Assembly (NCBI GenBank): GCA_963700635.1 | Contig: CAVOYH010000003.1 | Coordinates: 832,001 to 896,000, forward strand | Direction of reading: 5' to 3' | Source of the DNA: an uncultured Bacteroidota bacterium | GTDB lineage: Bacteria > Bacteroidota > Ignavibacteria > UBA10030 > UBA6906 | Length of the DNA: 64,000 nt | Shown here: in pieces, positions 1 to 9,665 of the stretch | How positions within the stretch are numbered: the first letter of the stretch is position 1 | How the letters are laid out: each line of letters starts with the position of its first letter | Notes under the pieces: model-generated | What the model saw: the letters and a program-made list of their open reading frames with translations, nothing else | What the model was told of the DNA's origin: nothing | Databases searched by the model: none | Position numbers and translations under genes: made by a program

Positions 1-1
1 A

Positions 2-1042
2 GTCCCGGCAGAGTTCAAGAGCCTTGTTATAGTCGGCAAGGGCCTTACGGTTTTCCTCAAGCGCGTCGTAGCAGCTTCCCCGGCCGAAATACGATTCGTG
101 GTGGTTCGGATCGAGCTTTACGGATTGTGTAAAACACTGGATTGCATCCGCGTACTCTCCGAGTTCCTCGTAAGCGTTGCCGAGGTTGTGCCAGGCCGGA
201 AGGTCCTTGGGTTCAAGCCGGATTGTCTCTTTGTAGCTGAGCACTGCATCGTGAAGCCTGCCAAGATTCGCGTAGGCGTTCCCTTTGTTGTACCAGGCCG
301 CGGGAAATCCCTGGTGGATCGCAAGAGCCAGGTCGTAACTTTCGAGTGCTTTGTGGTACTGCCCGACGCGGCTCAGGACGATGCCCCTGTTGTACCAGGC
401 ATTAAAATTGTACGGATCCCGGTCCAGATGTTCGTCATAACATCTGAGCGAATCTTCAAGCTGGTCAAGGTAATCGTAACAGTACCCGAGTTCATACCAG
501 GCTTCGCGGTGTTCGGGGTTTCCTTCGAGGATGAAGCGAAAAATCTGAGCGGCGTCCTCGTATTTCTCCATCTTTTCGAGCGTCACCGCTTTGTTGAAGA
601 GTGCATCCTCGTGGGTGGGCTCCATTTCGAGCACGCGCTCGAAGCTCGCGAGGGCCTCCTCCAGCCGTCCCAGATCATCAAGCGTGATCCCATGATTCAC
701 AAGGATCTCAGGGTCCACGGGATTGAGGCCAAGGGCCGTTTCCAGAGCACTCAGAGCTTCCTCGTAGCGGTACAGATTGCTCAGAATAAGCCCTTTTCGC
801 TGCCAGGCGTCTGCACTATAGGGGACGAAGGTAAGAAGTCGGTCTGCCATCCGGAGTGCTTCGTCATAACGCTCATGGTCGAAGAAGTAATTCACCAGTT
901 CTTCCAGGGCTTCGATGCTTGTGATGTTGGACGCACCGTCCCCGTAGAGGTCCTTATACTTCTTCAGCTCATCTTCGAAGCGGTCGCGTTTCCCGTCTTC
1001 GCTGTCATCGTCATCATAACCGCTAAAATCCATTTTGCTCAT
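2..1042 (-). CDS. Multi-TPR repeat protein (partial, 3' end runs off the window)
   Basis: Not in the ORF track. Manual minus-strand translation from ATG at 1042 gives MSKMDFSGYDDDDSED... followed by tandem TPR units (DAWQRKGLILSNLYRYEEAL, NAWYNRGIVLSRVGQYHKAL, AAWYNKGNAYANLGRLHDAV, PAWHNLGNAYEELGEYADAI). The frame is open to the window edge. Confidence 0.9.
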   Translation of the reverse strand, partial: MSKMDFSGYDDDDSEDGKRDRFEDELKKYKDLYGDGASNITSIEALEELVNYFFDHERYDEALRMADRLLTFVPYSADAWQRKGLILSNLYRYEEALSALETALGLNPVDPEILVNHGITLDDLGRLEEALASFERVLEMEPTHEDALFNKAVTLEKMEKYEDAAQIFRFILEGNPEHREAWYELGYCYDYLDQLEDSLRCYDEHLDRDPYNFNAWYNRGIVLSRVGQYHKALESYDLALAIHQGFPAAWYNKGNAYANLGRLHDAVLSYKETIRLEPKDLPAWHNLGNAYEELGEYADAIQCFTQSVKLDPNHHESYFGRGSCYDALEENRKALADYNKALELCRD

Positions 1043-1105
1043 TGACGCTCCGTAGGCACATCTTTCAAGAACAATAAGTCAAAAACCGAGGGGGAAGTCA
1101 AGCAA

Positions 1106-1134
1106 TTGATTTTAAGGGAGGTAGACAGTATATT
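1106..1134 (+). promoter_or_regulatory. Sigma70-type promoter of the yggS operon
   Basis: TTGATT-N17-TATATT in the AT-rich divergent intergenic region, 16 nt before ATG 1151. Confidence 0.6.
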
Positions 1135-1150
1135 AATACCTTGATTTCTA

Positions 1151-1847
1151 ATGATTTCTGCGAATATTGACATAGTGCGGGAGAGAGTTGCTGCCGCCTG
1201 CCGGCGTACCGGTCGCCAGCCGGAAGATGTGACGCTGATTGCGGTAAGCAAGACATTTCCCGCGGAGCGGATCCGCGAAGCCGTCCGCGCAGGTGTCAGT
1301 GACATCGGGGAGAATTATGTTCAGGAGCTCCTCCCCAAATACAAGGCCCTTGCCGGGGAGTCCATCCGGTGGCATTTTATCGGGCACCTGCAGTCGAATA
1401 AGGTGAAATATCTCGCGGAATGGGTGACCCTGGTGCATGCCCTTGACAGCCGCGCTCTTGCTCGTGAGCTCGATGTCCGGGCTGCCCGCCTGGGTAAAAC
1501 GGTCAATACGCTCGTGGAAGTAAATACTACCGGCGAACAGTCCAAATTCGGTCTGACTGCCGGAACAGGTCCTCCCCTTTGTCCGGTCACTGGAGGAGTT
1601 TACGCACATCCGCATCAGCGGATTGATGACGATCGGACCGTTTCTCCCGGATCCCGAAGGATCACGGCCCATGTTCCGTGTTCTTCGGAAACTCCGCGAG
1701 ACCCTTGCCCTTCATCCGCAGCAGAACCTGGATCCCATACATCTCTCAATGGGAATGACGGGAGATTTTGAAGTAGCGGTTGAGGAAGGAGCAACATTGC
1801 TCAGGATCGGGACTGCACTGTTCGGGTCCCGACCCAGAAAAGGTTAA
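1151..1847 (+). CDS. yggS: YggS/PLPBP PLP-homeostasis protein, interrupted by a +1 frameshift near 1556-1560
   Basis: The first frame has LIAVSKT, GENYVQE, WHFIGHLQSNK and EVNTTGEQSKFG. The next frame continues LPEQV...SGLMTIGP, LSMGMTGDFEVAVEEGATLLRIGTALFG to TAA 1847. Confidence 0.9.
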
Positions 1848-1879
1848 GAAGGAATCCCGGATAGCCGGAGAAAGTCGCC

Positions 1880-2419
1880 ATGAAACTAACACCCCTTGAC
1901 ATCCGCAAGCAGGAATTCAAACGCGTCATGCGCGGGTATGATCCCGTGGAAATCGACACGTTTATGGAAATGACAGCGAACGAGTATGAGGAGCTGCTCA
2001 AATCCCAGAAAGACATGCGGGACAGGGTCATTGAGCTGGAGGTCCAACTCAAAGACTATCGCCAGATAGAAAAGACGCTCCAGCAGACCCTCCTGCAAGC
2101 CCAGGAGACCACCGGAAAGACGTACGAGGCCGCGCGCAAAGAAGCCGAATTGATAATCCGCGAAGCCGATCAGAAAGCGGCAACCATCATCGCCCAGGCA
2201 CACGTGGATCTCTCCCAGTTGAAGAAAGAACTGCAGGAGCTGGCGACGCGCAAAGAGGCACTGGTTCATCAGCTCCGGGTGATCCTGAGCGCCGAACTGG
2301 ATCTTCTGAAAACCCTGGAACTCGGAAGCGCCGAGGGACTGGTGGGGCCATCGCCGGCAGGAACCGGCAAAGCAGCGATTGATCTTGACCTTGTCGCACG
2401 AACCTTAGACCATGACTGA
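1880..2419 (+). CDS. divIVA: DivIVA domain protein
   Basis: N-terminal [24 protein letters not shown] signature followed by coiled coil; follows yggS. Confidence 0.88.
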   Translation: MKLTPLDIRKQEFKRVMRGYDPVEIDTFMEMTANEYEELLKSQKDMRDRVIELEVQLKDYRQIEKTLQQTLLQAQETTGKTYEAARKEAELIIREADQKAATIIAQAHVDLSQLKKELQELATRKEALVHQLRVILSAELDLLKTLELGSAEGLVGPSPAGTGKAAIDLDLVARTLDHD

Positions 2420-3233
2420 TCTACGCAAACAACGAGAAGAAGCGGTTACGTTCCTGCGTACCAGAACGGCCGCAACACCAGGAATCGGGATCATCCTCGG
2501 CACCGGCCTTGGCGGTCTGGTGGATGATATCCAGGTGAAAACAGTGATCGACTATGGCGACATTCCTCACTTTCCTGTCTCTACCGTCGAATCTCATCAC
2601 GGAAAGCTCATCTTCGGAACTCTGGGCAAGAAGCAGGTGGTTGCCATGCAGGGCAGGTTCCACTATTATGAAGGATACACCATGCGGCAGGTGACCTTCC
2701 CGGTGCGGGTGATGAAAGCCCTTGGTGTTCACACCCTGCTTATTTCGAATGCCGCCGGAGGGATGAATCCTCAGTTCCGCAAGGGCAGCCTGATGCTTAT
2801 CACCGATCATATCAATCTGCTCGGTGACAATCCGCTCATCGGCGTGAATGACGAATCGCTGGGTCCCCGGTTCCCGGATATGTCAGAACCATACAGCAAG
2901 AAGCTGGCGATGCTTGCCGAAGATGTAGCGCTCGACGCGAAGATCCGTCTGGAACGCGGGGTCTTTGTCGCAGTCCCCGGCCCGAACCTCGAAACCCGTG
3001 CAGAGTACCGTTTTCTTCGTTTGATCGGCGCCGATGCAGTCGGAATGTCCACGGTTCCCGAAAACATCGTGGCGGTGCATATGGGCATGGCGGTGATGGG
3101 TATTTCGATCATCACGGATGAATGCTTCCCGGATGCCTTGCAACCCGCACGGGTCGAGGAAATTATCGCGGTTGCCGGCGAAGCGGAACCCAGGCTGACG
3201 ACAATCATGAGAGGTGTTGTTGAACGCCTCTAA
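2412..3233 (+). CDS. punA: Purine nucleoside phosphorylase (trimeric type)
   Basis: [34 protein letters not shown] and VGMSTVPE motifs. Confidence 0.93.
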   Translation: MTDLRKQREEAVTFLRTRTAATPGIGIILGTGLGGLVDDIQVKTVIDYGDIPHFPVSTVESHHGKLIFGTLGKKQVVAMQGRFHYYEGYTMRQVTFPVRVMKALGVHTLLISNAAGGMNPQFRKGSLMLITDHINLLGDNPLIGVNDESLGPRFPDMSEPYSKKLAMLAEDVALDAKIRLERGVFVAVPGPNLETRAEYRFLRLIGADAVGMSTVPENIVAVHMGMAVMGISIITDECFPDALQPARVEEIIAVAGEAEPRLTTIMRGVVERL

Positions 3234-3251
3234 GGACGTTGCCGAGAAGGT

Positions 3252-6200
3252 ATGAAGACATTTAAAGAACTCACAGAGAAGATTTCGTACCCTGCCATCG
3301 AACAGGAGATCCATGCGTTCTGGAAAGAACACGGGGTCTTTGACCTGAGCATTTCCACGCGCGAAGGGAAACCCGGTTTTACGTTCTATGAAGGCCCCCC
3401 TACCGCCAACGGACGGCCCGGCATCCATCATCTGATGAGCCGGACACTCAAAGATCTGGTCTGCCGGTATAAAACGATGCGTGGGTATCAGGTTCATCGT
3501 AAAGCGGGGTGGGATACGCATGGCCTTCCCGTGGAGATCGAAGTTGAAAAACAGCTTGGCTTCAAGCACAAGGAAGATATCATCCGCTTCGGCGTTGCCG
3601 AGTTTAATCGCAAATGCCGTGAATCTGTGTGGAAATACAAGACCGACTGGGAAGTTCTGACGGACGTGATGGGATACTGGGTTGATCTCACACGCCCGTA
3701 CGTGACCTTTGAAAACGAATACATCGAATCTGTCTGGTGGGCGCTGAAGCGGTTTCATAGCGGGGGGTTGATCTACAAGGGACATAAGATCCAGCCGTAT
3801 TGTCCGCGGTGTGAAACCCCGCTCTCTTCGCATGAAGTGTCCCTCGGGTACGAAGATGTGAAGGACCCGAGCGTGTATGTCCGGATGCGGACCAGGCAGA
3901 ACCCCGATACGAGTTTCCTGGTGTGGACCACCACGCCCTGGACACTGATCTCCAATGTTGCACTTGCCGTCGGGCCCGATATCACGTATGTGAAGGTTGA
4001 GCACCACGGCGAACGATTGATTCTTGCAGAACAGCGACTTTCGGTACTGGAAGGTCCGTATACGGTTCTCGAAAAATTTCCGGGCAGTGCTCTGGCGGGG
4101 CAGGAATACGAGCGGATATTCGCATATCATCCGGTCGAACAGAAGGCGTTCTACGTTATCACGGCGGGATTTGTCACGACAGAAGATGGCACCGGGATCG
4201 TCCACATTGCCCCGGCCTATGGTGAAGATGACAACCTGGCGGGAAAAAAATTCGGTTTGCCCACGCTACACCCGGTGAACAAGAGCGGCGCATTCGGCCC
4301 CGAGGTCACGGATTTTGCCGGACGATCTGTCCGCGAGGCAGACCCAGACATTATCCGCAACCTCAAAGAGCGGAAGATCCTGTACAAGAAAGAGACCATC
4401 ACGCACAGTTACCCTCACTGCTGGCGCTGCAAGACTCCGCTGCTCTATTACGCGCGAGAGTCCTGGTACATCAGCACGACAAAATATGCGGACCGGATGA
4501 TCGCGCTGAACAAGACGATCAACTGGGTGCCGCCGGAAGTCGGCGAAGGCCGTTTCGGCAACTGGCTGGAGGAAAACAAGGACTGGGCCCTTTCACGTGA
4601 TCGTTTCTGGGGAACACCGTTGCCAATCTGGGTGTGCGCTTCGTGCGCCGCGCAAAAATGTGTTGGGAGTATTGCTGAGCTGCGGGAAGGGCAAAACGTT
4701 CCGGATCCGCTGGATCTGCACAAGCCGTTCGTTGATGCGGTGACATTTCCGTGTTCGTGCGGCGGCACCATGACCCGCACGCCGGAGTTAATCGATGCCT
4801 GGTTTGATTCGGGTGCCATGCCGTTTGCCCAATGGCATTATCCCTTTGAAAACAAGGAACGGATTGATTCCGGTGAACAGTATCCTGCAGACTTTATCTG
4901 CGAAGGAATTGATCAGACACGCGGATGGTTCTATTCGCTGCACGCCATCGGGACGTTCCTGTTTGATGCACCGGCGTACAGAAACCTCCTTGTAAACGAT
5001 CTGATCCTTGACAAAGACGGGCAGAAGATGTCGAAGAGCCGGAAAAATACCGTTGACCCCTTCGATATTATTGCCCGGTACGGCGCAGATTCCACCCGGT
5101 GGTATCTCGTCACGAACAGTCCGCCCTGGCGGCCGACAATGTTTGACGAAGAAGGCGTGCTCGAGGTACAGCGACGCTTCTTCGGAACGCTGGTGAATAC
5201 GTACGCCTTTTTTGCCATGTACGCCAACATCGATCAGGTGTCGTGGGATGCTCCCGCCGTCCCGCTGTCGGAACGGCAGGAAATCGATCAGTGGATCCTT
5301 TCGGAACTGCACTCCCTGATCAGGCGGTATCAGGGGTACATGGAAGCCTACGATGTGACAAAGGCCGCGCGCAGTGTGAGCGAATTTACCATTGACCAGC
5401 TCTCCAACTGGTACGTGCGCCGGAACCGGCGCCGGTTCTGGAAGAGCGAAATGGGGCGTGACAAACTGGCTGCGTATCAGACCCTGTACGAGTGTCTGGA
5501 TACGGTGGCCAAACTGATGGCCCCGTTTGCCCCGTTTCTTGCAGAGGAACTTTATCGGAACCTGAACACGGTAACACACCGGGATCCGGCGACATCCGTC
5601 CATCTGGCGTATCTGCCCGGTGCTGATGAGGCGGTGATCAATCGTGACCTGGAAGAGCGGATGGACCGTGTGGTGCGAATCGTCATTCTTGTGCGTGCAA
5701 TGCGGATGAAAGCGAATCTCAAAGTCCGGCAGCCCCTCCGCAGGATTATTCTCCCCATCGCCGATGAGCGCGAGCGGGAGAGCGTCAAGAAAATGCAGGA
5801 CATCATTCTGGATGAGATCAACGTGAAGGGCATTGAATATGTCCATGATGCCTCGGGTATCGTCCGGAAGAAAGCGAAGCCAAACTTCAAGACCCTCGGG
5901 CCGAAGTTTGGGAAATCGGTGCAACAGGCTGCCGCACGCGTGAAAGAAATGACCGCCGCCGAAATTGCCGCTCTGGAGCAGAATGGTCGCGCGACTCTGC
6001 TGTCCGGCGACCAGAGCTTTACGGTTTCACCGGAGGATGTGGAGATCCTCCGTGAAGACATTCAGGGATGGCTGGTTGAAGCCGATGGTGGCTTAACGGT
6101 TGCTCTGGATACGACGCTGGACGAGACACTCGTTGCAGAAGGGTATGCCCGCGAACTCGTCAACCGGATTCAAAACATGCGGAAAGACGCGGGCTTTGAA

Positions 6201-6398
6201 GTGACCGATCGGATTACGTTGATCTATGACGCACGGAGTCCGCTGGCTGCCCGGCTCGAGACACAGAAGCCGTATATCATGAATGAGACGCTTGCGGAAC
6301 AGTGTACCGCAGGAACACCGGACGGCGAGCACGCCGCAACACTTGATGTGAATGGCGAATCGATAAACGTATCAATTGCACGTGTCAGGCGAGGCTAA
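3252..6398 (+). CDS. ileS: Isoleucine--tRNA ligase, type 2 (IleRS2)
   Basis: FYEGPPTANGRPGIHH, GWDTHGLPVE, WTTTPWTL, GTGIVH, WALSRDRFWGTP and KMSKS; IleRS2-type C-terminus; 1048 aa. Confidence 0.97.
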   Translation: MKTFKELTEKISYPAIEQEIHAFWKEHGVFDLSISTREGKPGFTFYEGPPTANGRPGIHHLMSRTLKDLVCRYKTMRGYQVHRKAGWDTHGLPVEIEVEKQLGFKHKEDIIRFGVAEFNRKCRESVWKYKTDWEVLTDVMGYWVDLTRPYVTFENEYIESVWWALKRFHSGGLIYKGHKIQPYCPRCETPLSSHEVSLGYEDVKDPSVYVRMRTRQNPDTSFLVWTTTPWTLISNVALAVGPDITYVKVEHHGERLILAEQRLSVLEGPYTVLEKFPGSALAGQEYERIFAYHPVEQKAFYVITAGFVTTEDGTGIVHIAPAYGEDDNLAGKKFGLPTLHPVNKSGAFGPEVTDFAGRSVREADPDIIRNLKERKILYKKETITHSYPHCWRCKTPLLYYARESWYISTTKYADRMIALNKTINWVPPEVGEGRFGNWLEENKDWALSRDRFWGTPLPIWVCASCAAQKCVGSIAELREGQNVPDPLDLHKPFVDAVTFPCSCGGTMTRTPELIDAWFDSGAMPFAQWHYPFENKERIDSGEQYPADFICEGIDQTRGWFYSLHAIGTFLFDAPAYRNLLVNDLILDKDGQKMSKSRKNTVDPFDIIARYGADSTRWYLVTNSPPWRPTMFDEEGVLEVQRRFFGTLVNTYAFFAMYANIDQVSWDAPAVPLSERQEIDQWILSELHSLIRRYQGYMEAYDVTKAARSVSEFTIDQLSNWYVRRNRRRFWKSEMGRDKLAAYQTLYECLDTVAKLMAPFAPFLAEELYRNLNTVTHRDPATSVHLAYLPGADEAVINRDLEERMDRVVRIVILVRAMRMKANLKVRQPLRRIILPIADERERESVKKMQDIILDEINVKGIEYVHDASGIVRKKAKPNFKTLGPKFGKSVQQAAARVKEMTAAEIAALEQNGRATLLSGDQSFTVSPEDVEILREDIQGWLVEADGGLTVALDTTLDETLVAEGYARELVNRIQNMRKDAGFEVTDRITLIYDARSPLAARLETQKPYIMNETLAEQCTAGTPDGEHAATLDVNGESINVSIARVRRG

Positions 6399-6424
6399 TC
6401 ACTTAAGCATGGAGAGGTAGACGA

Positions 6425-7009
6425 ATGGCAAAGAAGGTCTCCAAAACGGTTCGGACAAAGGCCACTACGCGGAAGAAGACAGTCAAGAAGGCTAAAACCG
6501 TTAGTCCCAAAAAGACTGTGACCCGCCCGACGCGGCAGACGTCCAAAAAAGCTGCAGAACAAAAGCACGTATCGCGGGCGCCGCTTGGCCCGACATCATA
6601 TTCCGTCGATGAGTTAAAACGTTTCAAAGAACTCATTCTTCTCAAGCGCCAGGAGACTCTCGAAGAGCTGGATAATCTGAAAGAGAGCATCATGGACGTG
6701 ACAACCGGCGAATATGTCAGCGAAAGCTCGACGTACTCTCTGCATATGGAGCAGGGCACGGATGCAATGGAGAGGGAAAAGACGTTTCTCTTTGCCTCGC
6801 GCGGAAGTAAATTCGTCGGACAACTCGACAATGCCCTGCAGCGTATAGAGAACAAGACGTACGGCGTCTGCAAAGTCTGCAACCTTCTCGTCCCCAGAGA
6901 ACGTCTGGAGGCGGTTCCGACGGCGCAAACCTGCGCAGAGTTCAAGAACAGCGGTGTTCCGTGTGAACGGGGACGCCGGGCTATTGCCCGCCAGAAAACG
7001 AGTAAATAG
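6425..7009 (+). CDS. DksA/TraR family protein with Lys-rich N-terminal tail
   Basis: ALQRIENKTYGVCKVC...RERLEAVPTAQTC zinc-finger region; lies between ileS and lspA. Confidence 0.85.
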   Translation: MAKKVSKTVRTKATTRKKTVKKAKTVSPKKTVTRPTRQTSKKAAEQKHVSRAPLGPTSYSVDELKRFKELILLKRQETLEELDNLKESIMDVTTGEYVSESSTYSLHMEQGTDAMEREKTFLFASRGSKFVGQLDNALQRIENKTYGVCKVCNLLVPRERLEAVPTAQTCAEFKNSGVPCERGRRAIARQKTSK

Positions 7010-7011
7010 CC

Positions 7012-7584
7012 GTGAGGGTTCTGATTCTCTCCGGGGTTATAGTGTTCGTCGACCAGGTGACGAAGCTGCTGGTAAAGGGGATTCATGTTCCCGCACTGGG
7101 CATCACATGGGAAGGGATGCCATACGGGATCAGCCGGCCGGTGCTGGGGGATTTCTTCCGGCTGACCTTTATTGAAAATCCCGGAATGGCGTTCGGTATC
7201 GACGTCGGTGCCAAATTCTACTTCTCTCTCTTCTCGGTTGTGGCAAGTCTCGCCCTGATCATCTATCTGTACACGGTCCGTCACGGACCAAAGGGTTTTC
7301 GTCTGGCTCTCGCCATGGTCCTCGGGGGTGCCGTGGGAAACCTGATCGACCGCGTGTTCTACGGGATACTCTTCGACTATGCGCCGCTGTTTCACGGACG
7401 GGTCGTGGATTTTTTTGACGTCGACTTTTTTGACATTACCATCTTCGGCTATCATATGTCGCGTTGGGCGGTGTTTAATGTCGCGGATGCATGTGTGACC
7501 ATCGGCGTTGTGCTTCTGCTGTTTTTTCATCGGTCATCGGCAACGACTGAGGGAGCGCACCCGGTGATAGAGGAGCGGACCTGA
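7012..7584 (+). CDS. lspA: Lipoprotein signal peptidase II
   Basis: DQVTK, ENPGMAFG, GAVGNLIDR, VVDF and FNVAD motifs. Confidence 0.95.
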   Translation: MRVLILSGVIVFVDQVTKLLVKGIHVPALGITWEGMPYGISRPVLGDFFRLTFIENPGMAFGIDVGAKFYFSLFSVVASLALIIYLYTVRHGPKGFRLALAMVLGGAVGNLIDRVFYGILFDYAPLFHGRVVDFFDVDFFDITIFGYHMSRWAVFNVADACVTIGVVLLLFFHRSSATTEGAHPVIEERT

Positions 7585-7602
7585 CACAGCCCGGTATCTT
7601 CC

Positions 7603-8574
7603 ATGCCCCAGGAATTTGATATCGTTGTTCCTGCCGGAAAGAAGAAAGAACGGCTGGACCTTTTTCTCACACACCACGTTGAGAACGCCACACGCACCAA
7701 GGTCCAGGCCGCCATCCGTGCCGGATACGTTCTGGTTGACGGAAACACCGCCCGGTCCAGCCATCCCGTGTCCCCCGGGGAAGTGATCCACATCACACTT
7801 CCTAAATCCCCCCCTCCCGATGTTATCGCGGAGCCGATCCCCCTGGACATTGTGTACGAAGACGAATATCTCCTTGTGGTCAACAAACCTGCAGGCATGG
7901 TCACCCACCCTGCATACGGCAATTACACGGGGACTCTGGTGAATGCGCTGCTCCACCACTGTAATTCTCTCTCCGCAGTGACCGATGGCACGCGGCCCGG
8001 GATTGTGCATCGACTTGACAAAGATACAACCGGGTTGCTGGTTGTTGCCAAGACCGATGCGGCGCATGCACACCTTGCACGCCAGTTCGCGCGCCGCACG
8101 ATCCAGCGCGAATACCAGGCGATCGTCTGGGGAGCGCTGCCAGGTTCCACCGGTACCATCGAGGCCAGCCTCGGGCGAAGCAAGTCAGACCGGAAAAAAA
8201 TGGCGGTGGTTCCGGACGGAAAGCATGCCATCACCGATTATCACGTGCTGGAACGGTTTCCGTATCTTTCCCTTGTGCGGCTCCGGCTGCACACCGGCCG
8301 TACGCATCAGATCCGGGTCCATCTGGCCCACATCCATCATCCGGTGTTCGGTGATCCAACGTATAACGGGAAACGTATACAGTACGGTCCCGGGACTGCC
8401 CGTCAGAAAGCAGAGGTGCAATCCATGCTTGACATCCTGAAGCGTCAGGCATTACACGCACGGACTATCGGCTTCCGCCACCCGGCGACCGGAGCCGAGA
8501 CCTGGTGTGAGTCCGCGCTGCCGGAGGATATGACCCGTGTTCTGACACTCATCCGGGAGCGAAGCCCGGTCTGA
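7603..8574 (+). CDS. rluD: RluA/RluD family 23S rRNA pseudouridine synthase
   Basis: S4 domain, VVNKPAGMVTHP, HRLDKDTTG, TGRTHQIRVH and RQALHA. Confidence 0.92.
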   Translation: MPQEFDIVVPAGKKKERLDLFLTHHVENATRTKVQAAIRAGYVLVDGNTARSSHPVSPGEVIHITLPKSPPPDVIAEPIPLDIVYEDEYLLVVNKPAGMVTHPAYGNYTGTLVNALLHHCNSLSAVTDGTRPGIVHRLDKDTTGLLVVAKTDAAHAHLARQFARRTIQREYQAIVWGALPGSTGTIEASLGRSKSDRKKMAVVPDGKHAITDYHVLERFPYLSLVRLRLHTGRTHQIRVHLAHIHHPVFGDPTYNGKRIQYGPGTARQKAEVQSMLDILKRQALHARTIGFRHPATGAETWCESALPEDMTRVLTLIRERSPV

Positions 8575-8636
8575 ATCGTGTGGCCCGGGCCTACCCTCCC
8601 CAACCCAGTGGTATGGGGACTCATGTCTGGCCCGGC

Positions 8637-8665
8637 TTGTCAGTGTGTAGGTGAAGTTGTATATT
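8637..8665 (+). promoter_or_regulatory. Sigma70-type promoter
   Basis: TTGTCA-N17-TATATT upstream of an AGGAGG RBS and ATG 8702. Confidence 0.6.
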
Positions 8666-8701
8666 ACAATCACACATATCCACCATTTTTCAGGAGGAAA
8701 A

Positions 8702-9619
8702 ATGAACTCTTTGCGTACACGCCTGGTGCAACTCATGTGTCCGGTAGTGGGGGTGCTCCTCCTGCTCGCCGCCGAAGCTCCCGCTCAAACGGAGCTGGAA
8801 AAAGCAATCCAGCAGTACAATAGTTCCGCCGTGAGTGGTTACATCCAACCCATTGCTGATCTGTTCGGAGCCAACATGCATGCCGGCTATTATCATTCGG
8901 CATACATACCGCACTCAGGGTTCTCTATCGGTATTGATATTATCGCGATGGGGGCAATCGTCCAGGACGAACAGAAATCGTACGAGGCCGTTGCGCCTGC
9001 GGGGTTCTCGCCGGGCACATTCAAGACCGCCACGGTGTTCGGCGGAAAAGGCACAACGGTTAATCACGCGACGGTGACGGGGTTGGAGTACAAGGGATCT
9101 GACGGGATCATCAACACCTCGATTTTTCCGATGGCTGTTCCCCAGTTACGGATCGGCTCCATTTATGGAACCGAAGCAGTTGTCCGGTTTATTGCCCTGC
9201 CGGCCATCGGGGACAACGGATTCCCGGTGATCACGCTGTGGGGTGTCGGCGCACGGCACAGCATCAGTCAGTACTTAGCCGAGAGTCCGGTGGATATTGC
9301 AGCAAGCGTGTTCTACTCCAACTTCCATGTGGGCGATCTGATTTCGGCCAATGGCCTGTCTCTGGGCCTGCAGGCGAGCAAGAGTATCAAGATCCTCATG
9401 CTCTACGGTGGGATGTCCTGGGAGAAAAGTTCGCTGGATTTGTCGTACAAGTCCACCGATCCGAACACCCCGGCCCCGGTTGACATATCCCTGACCGGTG
9501 CCAACAAGTTTCGCTTTACGGTCGGCGTTGGTGTTTCCCTCGGCATTCTGAAAGTGTTCGCCGATGCCAACTTCGGATCCATAACCAACTATTCCGGCGG
9601 TATCGGTTTCGGCCGCTAA
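8702..9619 (+). CDS. Exported putative outer-membrane beta-barrel protein (DUF6588-like)
   Basis: Signal peptide, AGGAGG RBS, alternating beta strands, WGVGARHSISQY and a C-terminal GIGFGR. Confidence 0.65.
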   Translation: MNSLRTRLVQLMCPVVGVLLLLAAEAPAQTELEKAIQQYNSSAVSGYIQPIADLFGANMHAGYYHSAYIPHSGFSIGIDIIAMGAIVQDEQKSYEAVAPAGFSPGTFKTATVFGGKGTTVNHATVTGLEYKGSDGIINTSIFPMAVPQLRIGSIYGTEAVVRFIALPAIGDNGFPVITLWGVGARHSISQYLAESPVDIAASVFYSNFHVGDLISANGLSLGLQASKSIKILMLYGGMSWEKSSLDLSYKSTDPNTPAPVDISLTGANKFRFTVGVGVSLGILKVFADANFGSITNYSGGIGFGR

Positions 9620-9665
9620 GCCAGATGTACCTAGGGCAAGAGAACGAATAATCTGGAGACCATAC

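Noticed and set aside
98-1045. 315-aa plus-strand ORF
   Set aside because: It is the antisense shadow of the minus-strand TPR gene and has no recognisable motifs.
3234-3251. T-box upstream of ileS (and a cobalamin riboswitch before the btuF-like gene near 21810)
   Set aside because: The intergenic gaps are under 20 nt, too short for either element.
2883-5924. Long minus-strand ORFs (440 aa and 378 aa)
   Set aside because: They lie antisense to punA/ileS; such shadows are expected at high GC.
6403-7530. 375-aa minus-strand ORF spanning dksA and lspA
   Set aside because: It lies opposite two well-supported genes and has no independent coding signal.
8575-8636. Short repeats (TGGCCCGG twice) and a TCCCCA/TGGGGA stem after rluD
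   Set aside because: They are too short for a GC-rich background, have no U-tract, and I noticed no other copies in the window.
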